A DNA stretch of 64,000 nt, from positions 2,560-66,559 of the forward strand of contig JALSJI010000033.1 of NCBI GenBank assembly GCA_026989435.1. The letters run 5' to 3'. Below are positions 1 to 7,927 of the stretch, piece by piece. Positions within the stretch are counted from its first letter, which is position 1, and the number at the start of each line of letters is the position of its first letter. The DNA is from Sulfurovum sp. (lineage in GTDB: Bacteria; Campylobacterota; Campylobacteria; Campylobacterales; Sulfurovaceae). Both the position numbers and the translations under genes were made by a program. The notes below the pieces were generated by a model. The model was not told the DNA's origin. It did not search any database and was given only the letters and a program-made list of their open reading frames with translations.

Positions 1-1
1 A

Positions 2-1003
2 CTAGGCCATTTTGCTGCAGCACGTTTTTTCGGTGTACATGTAGAGGTATTTAGCATAGGTTTTGGGAAAACCCTCTATTCAAAAATGCTAGGAAAAACC
101 CAATGGCGTATCTCGGCTATACCCTTGGGAGGGTATGTGAAGATGAAAGGTCAAAATGATGCGGATCCTACATATACAAACGATGACAAAGACTCCTATA
201 CCGACAAAAGACCCTGGCAGCGTATCATCATACTCCTAGCAGGTCCTTTTGCCAATTTTCTACTGGCATTCATACTCTACTTTATTATTGCCAACCTTGG
301 TATTCCCAAACTTTTACCCTATATCGGTACTGTAGGTAAAAACACACCCGCTCAGCATGCCGGTCTTCAAAAACATGACAAAATCACCAAAATTAACGGT
401 ATTGCTATTCAATACTGGGAAGAAGTAGGTGAACAAATTAATCAAAGCAATACTGAGACAACACTCCTTATACGAAGAGATCATAAAACTATCACACTGC
501 ATCTTCAACCTCAAATAATCGAGGATAAAAATATATTTGGAGAACACATCACAAGACGCATTATAGGGATAAGTCCCTCTGGAGAAAAAACAAAAGTATA
601 TCTAAATCTCCTCAGTGGACTCGATTATGCTTGGGAAGAGACTAAAAAAGCATCATTGCTTATACTCCGGTCTGTACAAAAACTCCTCACGGGCATTGTG
701 GGAGTAGATAAACTCGGTGGCGTCATTACCATTATCGACGTCACCGCAGAAGCCAGCCATGTAGGCATTGTCGCACTGCTGTTTTTTACTGCACTCATTT
801 CAGTAAACCTTGGTGTCCTAAACCTACTCCCTATTCCTGCCCTTGATGGTGGCCATATTCTCTTTAACCTTTATGAGATAATCACACGAAATAAACCAAA
901 CCAACAGACACTCTATATACTTACAATGGCAGGATGGATATTACTCTTTTCACTTATGGCATTAGGGTTGTATAATGATATTAACAGATTAATGGAGAAA
1001 TAG
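2..1003 (+). CDS. rseP: RIP metalloprotease RseP (5' end outside the window)
   Basis: Frame is open from base 2 (LGHFAAARFFGVHVEVFSIGFG, the tail of HExGH); IPLGGYVKM, AGPFANF, a PDZ domain and NLLPIPALDGGH are present. Confidence 0.95.
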   Translation, partial: LGHFAAARFFGVHVEVFSIGFGKTLYSKMLGKTQWRISAIPLGGYVKMKGQNDADPTYTNDDKDSYTDKRPWQRIIILLAGPFANFLLAFILYFIIANLGIPKLLPYIGTVGKNTPAQHAGLQKHDKITKINGIAIQYWEEVGEQINQSNTETTLLIRRDHKTITLHLQPQIIEDKNIFGEHITRRIIGISPSGEKTKVYLNLLSGLDYAWEETKKASLLILRSVQKLLTGIVGVDKLGGVITIIDVTAEASHVGIVALLFFTALISVNLGVLNLLPIPALDGGHILFNLYEIITRNKPNQQTLYILTMAGWILLFSLMALGLYNDINRLMEK

Positions 1004-1693
1004 ATGAAGATCATAAATAAAGAACAATTACGGGCAAATTTAGATAAAGTTATCTGGAATATAGAACAAGCACGTATCACGGTAAGTGAACACACAATCG
1101 TAAAACTTGTAGCCGTGGGGAAATATACCTGTATTGAAAATATTGCCACCCTCTATGAATTAGGACAACGTGCCTTTGGAGAAAATCAGGTCCAACAGCT
1201 CAAAGAGCGTTCCAAATCACTAGATACCCTCCCTCTGCAATGGCATATGATTGGCACCTTGCAAAAAAACAAAATAAACAACCTCATTGACCTGCGTCCT
1301 ACTCTGATGCACTCTCTTGATAGTTTAGATCTTGCTCAAGAACTCAATAAAAAACTCGAGACCAAAGGGAGACAAATAAACTGTCTTTTACAGATAAATA
1401 GCTCTAATGAAGAGAGTAAATCGGGTTTTTCTTTCCAGGAAGCCTATGATATGTACCAAACCATTCATGAATCCTATCCCCAAATAAAGCTCAAAGGTGT
1501 CATGAGCATTGGCGCACATACCGACAATAGACAAAAAATACAAAAAAGTTTTGAGCGTACACATCAAATCTATGAAAAGGTAAAACCACATGGCGCCCTC
1601 TACTGCTCTATGGGAATGAGCTCTGATTATGAATTGGCTATCAAATGTGGCTCAAACCTTGTTCGTATTGGCTCGGCACTCTTTAAAGACTAA
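1004..1693 (+). CDS. yggS: YggS/PLPBP pyridoxal-phosphate homeostasis protein
   Basis: LVAVGK, FGENQVQ, WHMIGTLQKNK, SMGMSSDY, VRIGSALF motifs. Confidence 0.95.
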   Translation: MKIINKEQLRANLDKVIWNIEQARITVSEHTIVKLVAVGKYTCIENIATLYELGQRAFGENQVQQLKERSKSLDTLPLQWHMIGTLQKNKINNLIDLRPTLMHSLDSLDLAQELNKKLETKGRQINCLLQINSSNEESKSGFSFQEAYDMYQTIHESYPQIKLKGVMSIGAHTDNRQKIQKSFERTHQIYEKVKPHGALYCSMGMSSDYELAIKCGSNLVRIGSALFKD

Positions 1694-1829
1694 GACTCTT
1701 CTCCTTTTTTTTATATAGGCTACACGCATCTATTTGCCGGCCTCTTCTTTGATACAATTAAGTATATTTTTATTTTTAATAACTATACTAGATATTAATC
1801 TATAAATAAATATTATTTAGGAGTATACA

Positions 1830-2324
1830 ATGTCATGTAAAAACCTATATGAATCCCTAAGTGTGGAGCTGGTACTACATGCAAAGAATAAACAAACACT
1901 CAAACAACTCCTACTTAATGGTGCAGATATAAACTATCAAGCAAAAAATGGTTGGTGTCTCCTATTTGAATTGATTACGCTTAATCAGTCACAAACACTC
2001 TCTAAATTACGTAATTATCCTCTCAATCTTTATATCAAAGATCATAAAAACCGATCTGCTCTTTTTTGGACAATCTATCATGGACATAATGATATACTGC
2101 ATACACTCATTACGATGGGGTATGCCGTCAACGAAGAAATCGGAAAAGATCCTTATGCCCTGCACTACCTGATATACAAAAATAATAGCACAATACTCCA
2201 AACACTATTAGAATCCGGATTAAAAACAAACACAAAAGATCCATATCATAATACAGTACTTGACTATGCCTACCTTTATCAACATAAAGAGATGATACAT
2301 ACCCTTTATCAACATCATACGTAG
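1830..2324 (+). CDS. Ankyrin repeat protein
   Basis: Ankyrin-like repeats LLLNGADINYQ, KDHKNRSALFW, TKDPYHNTVLDYA; AGGAG RBS. Confidence 0.8.
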   Translation: MSCKNLYESLSVELVLHAKNKQTLKQLLLNGADINYQAKNGWCLLFELITLNQSQTLSKLRNYPLNLYIKDHKNRSALFWTIYHGHNDILHTLITMGYAVNEEIGKDPYALHYLIYKNNSTILQTLLESGLKTNTKDPYHNTVLDYAYLYQHKEMIHTLYQHHT

Positions 2325-2362
2325 AGCCAGGTTAGTCTATTTTTTAGGCTAACCTGGCTCTA
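2322..2362. repeat. 18-bp inverted repeat (intercistronic hairpin) upstream of sodN
   Basis: TAGAGCCAGGTTAGTCTA-ttttt-TAGGCTAACCTGGCTCTA; one G-U pair on the + strand; no U-tract. Confidence 0.85.
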
Positions 2363-2392
2363 TATGCCGAAATTATATAAAAAGGATAATCA

Positions 2393-2848
2393 ATGTTTCA
2401 AATAAAAAAAGTCAAAGCACACTGTGATGTACCTTGCGGAATCTACGATCCAATCGTGGCACAAATTGCTGCTCTTTCCGTAGTAAGAATGGTTGATCTT
2501 ATCAATGCTTCCGAAGGAAATGGTGCAGATTACCATAATGATATGGCACGTTATGTTGCCGTAAAAGAGTCGGAAGCCGTTAAATGTAAAGAGGAGATAC
2601 GTATTATCTGGGGAGATTTTATCAAACCTCCGCAAATAGCCGAAAATCCGGAAATACACACCATCGTACACAATATTATGATGCTAGGAAGTGCAGCAAA
2701 GCAGCATACCTCACGTGAAAAAGCAATGGAACTTTTAGCAGAAGTAAATAAGTTTGCTGAGATTTTTTGGAAAATCAAAGGGGTAAAAACAAAGGTAGCC
2801 AAAGCACCTTATGCACCCAATGAAGATGTAGTATACCCGGTACTCTAA
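2393..2848 (+). CDS. sodN: Nickel superoxide dismutase precursor
   Basis: Ni-hook HCDVPCGIYDP after a 9-aa leader; IWGDF and AEIFWKIK motifs. Confidence 0.95.
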   Translation: MFQIKKVKAHCDVPCGIYDPIVAQIAALSVVRMVDLINASEGNGADYHNDMARYVAVKESEAVKCKEEIRIIWGDFIKPPQIAENPEIHTIVHNIMMLGSAAKQHTSREKAMELLAEVNKFAEIFWKIKGVKTKVAKAPYAPNEDVVYPVL

Positions 2849-3126
2849 TGCTACAAATTTTTAAAATATCTGGAGACTCCCTCTATCCCTTTTTTAAAAA
2901 TGGACAGAGGGTTTTATGTCGTAAAATTTTTACAAATACCCCTGTGAACATAAATGATACGGTTCTATTTAAAAAAGAGAACTACGGAATGATGATAAAA
3001 AGGGTAACACATATTGAAAATCATCGCTATTTTGTAGAAGGTACAGACCCCTACAGTATTGATAGTAAGGTTTTTGGAACGCTAACGCAAAAAGAGCTTC
3101 TATATAAAGTCTTATGCAAATTTTAA
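2848..3126 (+). CDS. sodX: NiSOD maturation protease (S26-like)
   Basis: GDSLYP (Ser) and MIKRV (Lys) dyad, SIDSKVFG; TAATG-coupled to sodN. Confidence 0.85.
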   Translation: MLQIFKISGDSLYPFFKNGQRVLCRKIFTNTPVNINDTVLFKKENYGMMIKRVTHIENHRYFVEGTDPYSIDSKVFGTLTQKELLYKVLCKF

Positions 3127-3128
3127 TC

Positions 3129-3551
3129 TTAAGAAGCAATAGCCTCTTTACATACTGCACACACTCCGTAAAGATTAATCTGCTGTTTAGAGAGTGAAAA
3201 GTTCTCCTCTTTTGTAAGAGAAACAAATATATCATCAGCACTTTTATGATGCGGTCTGTCCTCTACCCCGCCACACTCTGTACACACCAGGTGAATATGA
3301 TCAGCTTTAATAAGCTCATATTTTGATTTTTTACCCTCTATAGGCACTTCAACAAGCACACCGTTATTTACCATGAGTGTAATATTCTTATAAACCGTTG
3401 CCAGCGAAAGTGAAGGGTGCGTCTTTACTACCTCTTCATAAATAGCATCTATCGTCATATGACCATGAGACTCAATGCAATCTAATATATGCATGCGCTG
3501 AAATGTTGCTTTAAGCCCACTCTCTTTAAGTAGTGCTGCAAACTCATTCAT
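3129..3551 (-). CDS. perR: Fur-family peroxide regulator, PerR-like
   Basis: GLKATFQR, SLATVYKN, HIHLVCTECG, CxxC; directly downstream of ahpC. Confidence 0.8.
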   Translation of the reverse strand: MNEFAALLKESGLKATFQRMHILDCIESHGHMTIDAIYEEVVKTHPSLSLATVYKNITLMVNNGVLVEVPIEGKKSKYELIKADHIHLVCTECGGVEDRPHHKSADDIFVSLTKEENFSLSKQQINLYGVCAVCKEAIAS

Positions 3552-3572
3552 TAAGTCTCCTTTAGAAATCCG

Positions 3573-3630
3573 ATATAACTAAATCTACCGTCATAGATTT
3601 AGTTATATTCCCGCAAAAAGAGGGAATATA
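3573..3630. repeat. Two overlapping inverted repeats between ahpC and perR
   Basis: ATATAACTAAATCTA-N6-TAGATTTAGTTATAT (3573-3608) and TATATTCCC-N9-GGGAATATA (3604-3630). Confidence 0.8.
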
Positions 3631-3638
3631 ATAACCGT

Positions 3639-4235
3639 CTATAGCTTGTCGGCATTTTTATCAAGGTACTCTGCTACACCCTCTGTTGTTGCCTTCATAC
3701 CCTCATCACCTTTTTGCCAGCCGGCAGGACACACTTCACCGTGCTCATCTGTAAACAACATAGCATCTACCATTCTAAGCATCTCATCTACATTTCTACC
3801 TAAAGGAAGGTCATTAATCACTGCATGTCTAATAATACCTTTGGCATCTATAAGGAAAGAACCTCTAAGCGCTACCGATTCATCAAAAAGTACATCATAA
3901 TCTCTTGAGATCTGCTTTGAAAGGTCGGCAACCAAAGGCATATCAACCCTACCGATACCACCTTCGTTCACCGGTGTTTCTCTCCATGCAAAGTGTGAAA
4001 ATTGACTATCTACGGAGACACCGATAATGTTGATACCTCTCTCTCTAAAATCAGCTGCTCTTTTAGAAAATGCAATAATCTCTGACGGACATACAAATGT
4101 AAAATCAAGCGGATAGAAAAAAAGTACTGCACCTTTTTCCCCTAAATTATCCATAAGATTAAAATCCTCAACGATTTGACCGTCTGCAAGTACGGCTGTT
4201 GCCGTGAAATCCGGAGCTTTTTTTGTTACTAACAT
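3639..4235 (-). CDS. ahpC: 2-Cys peroxiredoxin AhpC
   Basis: FYPLDFTFVCPSE and GEVCPAGW. Confidence 0.97.
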   Translation of the reverse strand: MLVTKKAPDFTATAVLADGQIVEDFNLMDNLGEKGAVLFFYPLDFTFVCPSEIIAFSKRAADFRERGINIIGVSVDSQFSHFAWRETPVNEGGIGRVDMPLVADLSKQISRDYDVLFDESVALRGSFLIDAKGIIRHAVINDLPLGRNVDEMLRMVDAMLFTDEHGEVCPAGWQKGDEGMKATTEGVAEYLDKNADKL

Positions 4236-4339
4236 ATTCTTTCCTTTAAACGATAATTTTTATTTACAAATGAATTTTATCATAGTTTCTTTAAAGCAAA
4301 ATAAAAAATATCTATTTCGCCATTTTTCTTACAAAAGTC

Positions 4340-5815
4340 TCATTGTCCCGGCGCATCATACCCTTTTGCTACATCGTCAAGCACCAAAATCATATCTTCT
4401 TTATTTTTTGTATCAAAATGTTTGATACCGCTGCTCTCAAAAACTTCGATCTCTTCGGCATCCCCTGTTCTTGGATTAAACCACCAAGCTTTTATCTTTT
4501 GTTTTGATACCCTATCTGTATATAAACTCACACGTCCACCCTTAGGCAAGTAAATAAAGGCATACCCCACACCCCTTGTCGCTATAGCATCTCCGCTTTC
4601 TATCATACGTGGATCCGGTTCCCTGCCTAATTGTGGTCTGCTTCTCATCAATTTTCCAAGATGAACCATCTGTCGTGCACCTTCGGCATCTAAGGCATCT
4701 TTCCACTCTATCGTAGGTGTTTTCCCTGCACGAGACTCCTCACCCTCTACATATTTTTGCCATACGGAGTGGTGTCCGTAGGTATGCCCAAAAGCTCCGG
4801 AGAAGAGTTGCCTGTAGGCTATCTCACGTACATCTTCTGCATTAAACTCACGTCCACCCTCCTTATTGTCAGATGTAAAACATTCATTTATCGCTTCATA
4901 TCTTGGTTCAGCATCTAATACCGGAGCATTTACCTCTTCATATGTCCGCTTAAGCAATTCATTAGCATTCTCTTGTGAAACACAATGACCTGATTGTACC
5001 ATATGAAAATCTATCCAGGATGCATCTTTAAAGAATTTAGTTGAGCTTGTAAATCCCGGCGGATGATACGAGATAAGCTGTCCCTCTCCTACAATACGAT
5101 CTATAGTCTTTCCCAAAGCATTCCATATCGCTCTATTTTCTTCTTGCTTTGTGTCATCTCCCCCTACAACCCAGATAATATTATCTCTATTCTTATATCT
5201 CTTGGCAATAAACTCTCCATAGACTCTGGCCTCTGATTCACTTCTTAAACCGCCATTCCATGTCGGCAGCAGTGCCACATATAACTTATGCTTTTCTGCA
5301 GTCTCTATAATATAGTCTATATGTTGCCAATACTTCTCGTTTGGGGTATTAAAATTTTTAAAAGCAACTGTATCGCTAAAAGGGAAATACCCATCCTCGT
5401 TTTGGGCAAAATTCCCGGAACTATATCTTATCGGGAGTGCCGATACTTGTATCACCGAGAAGCCCTTTTCACTTCTATCTTCCATATATAGCCTAACATC
5501 TTCTTGCGTTGTATCTACCGACATCTCCCATGCCGTATCACCTTTCCAAAAAAAACTTGCATTGTCTTCATATTGAAGCATACGGCTATTGGAAGAGATT
5601 TTTAATTTCCCTACTTTCCTTTCACCGATTAAATAGGATGTTTGCTCTGTCTCTATTGTTGTTTCATCAACTAATGAATTTTCTATAGCCGGTGTATTTT
5701 GTATACTAGAACTCTCCGATCCTTCTTGAACCGTAGTCCCACAAGAGACCAACATAAAGAGCATACTTACAGCTATTAGACTCTTAAACACGACTATACT
5801 TCTATAAAAGATCAT
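4340..5815 (-). CDS. Lipoprotein with DUF4038/apiosidase (GH140)-like domain and C-terminal collagen-binding-like domain
   Basis: Lipobox LVSC; FFWKGDTAW, KGFSVIQ, IIWVVGGD, MVQSGH, DAEPRYE, GHTYGHHSVW, AWWFNPRTG. Confidence 0.8.
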   Translation of the reverse strand: MIFYRSIVVFKSLIAVSMLFMLVSCGTTVQEGSESSSIQNTPAIENSLVDETTIETEQTSYLIGERKVGKLKISSNSRMLQYEDNASFFWKGDTAWEMSVDTTQEDVRLYMEDRSEKGFSVIQVSALPIRYSSGNFAQNEDGYFPFSDTVAFKNFNTPNEKYWQHIDYIIETAEKHKLYVALLPTWNGGLRSESEARVYGEFIAKRYKNRDNIIWVVGGDDTKQEENRAIWNALGKTIDRIVGEGQLISYHPPGFTSSTKFFKDASWIDFHMVQSGHCVSQENANELLKRTYEEVNAPVLDAEPRYEAINECFTSDNKEGGREFNAEDVREIAYRQLFSGAFGHTYGHHSVWQKYVEGEESRAGKTPTIEWKDALDAEGARQMVHLGKLMRSRPQLGREPDPRMIESGDAIATRGVGYAFIYLPKGGRVSLYTDRVSKQKIKAWWFNPRTGDAEEIEVFESSGIKHFDTKNKEDMILVLDDVAKGYDAPGQ

Positions 5816-5996
5816 ATCCGACTCCTTCTATTCTTTCTATATTCTATAACATATACGATATTATCTACATTATGCATAACTTTACGTCAAGTCAACTATT
5901 CTATCTAAAAAGCACACCATAACCTTACATATGTCGGTTTCATCTCAATATTAAAAGAAAATGTTACCAAATATCACATATATACCTATTATTCTC

Positions 5997-7820
5997 TCAT
6001 TCAGGCAACAAGCCATACCTTTGAATCATCTCGTCATCCAGATCTATTAAGCCTTTCTCAAGCAAGCTATCTAAAACCTCTTTGGTACAAAAGGTATCTC
6101 CGGGCCACGTTCTTGTGTAACCATCATACCCATTTTTATTTGTAGCATCAATCGTGACAAAAGGTGTGAATATAATATCTCTTTGGGCATCGATATTGTT
6201 TGTTACTCTCCAAATAAGCATATAGGGATTGTCTATAGGATTGTTTAATGCATCTATAATAACAAGTACTTTGATATGTTGTTTTAGTATATGCAACTTG
6301 ACACTCAATATCTTCATAGAGGTTTTTTTCTCTACTGCTATAACGCATATTGGATTTTTTGTCTTTGTCATAAACTGCTTTAGTCCCACAATATTCTCAT
6401 CTATGGCTCGCATCTTTTCTAGCAGTATTTCATCCGTGAGTAGTTCTTCTACACCCTCTTGCACCTCATCACCTGTAACATCCACACCCAACTTCCCCCC
6501 GACAAACTGCTCTGAAGAGGCATGGTCGAGATGATCAACGATACCTTTAGTAACAAGAATACACTCATGGCTGAGTCGGTTAAGTATATATTCGGCAAGG
6601 GCTTCATACTCCTCTAATGCCGGAGCATCCTCACCTACAAAAAAAGCATGTTTGATAAACGACATCTGCCCTACACCCCAAAATGCATGCATAAACTGCA
6701 TCGCATGCCCTTTATAACGTGTTTTCATCTTCACAAGAATAAGGTTGTGAAATACGCCATTCTCCGGCATGTTGTAATCTATCAAATCAGGGGCCATAGG
6801 TTTGAGCATAGGTAAAAATATACGCTCGGTAGCCCAGCCCATATACTTGTCTTCCAACGGAGGTTTACCTACCACTGTAGCAACAAAAACAGGATTTTTT
6901 TTCATACTAATCGTCTCTACCTCCATAACAGGAAAAGGCTCTTTAAGCGTATAATATCCCGTATGATCCCCAAAAGGTCCTTCTATCTTTGTTACTACGG
7001 GATCTACAAACCCCTCTATTACGATATCCGCATCTCGCGGTATATAGATAGCATTGCTGAGCGACTTGACTAGTTGGGCATTTTTGTTACGTATAAAACC
7101 ATACAGCAACATCTCAAACATCCCGTGTGGCATGGGAGCCTGTCCACACCATATATAAAGAGGGTCACCGCCTATTGCCACAGTCACCGGCATTTTTTTG
7201 CCTGCTCTTTGATATTGATCAAAAAAATGGCTTGCATCTTTATGTATCTGCCAATGCATACCAAGATGATTTTTATCATACTGCTGAAGTCTATACATCC
7301 CTAGATTTTGCATCTTTCCGTCAAGACTTTGGGTGTAGACCTGTCCCATGGTAATAAACGGTCCGCCATCCTCTTCCCAAGTTTTAAGTATAGGAAGACT
7401 ATCTAAGTCAACCTCCTCTTTAGGTATGATTCTCTCTTGGCACTCCCCTCTAAACTTTAAACGTTTTGGAAATACGTTTTTAAGAGAGAAAAATTTAGGT
7501 AGCATAGCAAGTTTGGATTTGAATCCTTTAGGAGGCCTAAGTTTGAATAAGGTGTCAATCCCTTCTGCTAACATATCCGGATGTTTGCCAAATATTTTTT
7601 CCGTAAGGGCTTGATTTGCAAAGATATTCATCAATACCGGCATATCATACTCTATACCTTTAGCCCTGTTTACCGGTTTGGTAAACAGCAAAGGTCTGGA
7701 GTTGTCTTGTTTTACTTCTATATATGCAACATGAGGAATTTCCAACACCACATCCAATGCCTCATCGATAATCTTCAAATCACCGTTCTCTTTAAGCCAT
7801 GCTACTACATCTTGCATCAA
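5997..7820 (-). CDS. mqnL: UbiD-family menaquinone biosynthesis decarboxylase (futalosine pathway)
   Basis: EDGGPFIT, NLGMYRLQ, MHWQIHKD, EGPFGDHTGYY, VGKPPLEDKYMG. Confidence 0.9.
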   Translation of the reverse strand: MMQDVVAWLKENGDLKIIDEALDVVLEIPHVAYIEVKQDNSRPLLFTKPVNRAKGIEYDMPVLMNIFANQALTEKIFGKHPDMLAEGIDTLFKLRPPKGFKSKLAMLPKFFSLKNVFPKRLKFRGECQERIIPKEEVDLDSLPILKTWEEDGGPFITMGQVYTQSLDGKMQNLGMYRLQQYDKNHLGMHWQIHKDASHFFDQYQRAGKKMPVTVAIGGDPLYIWCGQAPMPHGMFEMLLYGFIRNKNAQLVKSLSNAIYIPRDADIVIEGFVDPVVTKIEGPFGDHTGYYTLKEPFPVMEVETISMKKNPVFVATVVGKPPLEDKYMGWATERIFLPMLKPMAPDLIDYNMPENGVFHNLILVKMKTRYKGHAMQFMHAFWGVGQMSFIKHAFFVGEDAPALEEYEALAEYILNRLSHECILVTKGIVDHLDHASSEQFVGGKLGVDVTGDEVQEGVEELLTDEILLEKMRAIDENIVGLKQFMTKTKNPICVIAVEKKTSMKILSVKLHILKQHIKVLVIIDALNNPIDNPYMLIWRVTNNIDAQRDIIFTPFVTIDATNKNGYDGYTRTWPGDTFCTKEVLDSLLEKGLIDLDDEMIQRYGLLPE

Positions 7821-7927
7821 TTATCCTTATCAAATACAATAGTAGATTATAACGATTTTCTTCTAACATTAGATTGATTATGGTATCATAATAAAAGGCT
7901 AGAGAAATCACTTAGACAAGAGACAAC

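Noticed and set aside
1803-1819. TAAATAA-ATA-TTATTTA palindrome before the ankyrin gene as a PerR/Fur box
   Set aside because: All A/T with 7-3-7 spacing rather than 7-1-7; indistinguishable from background
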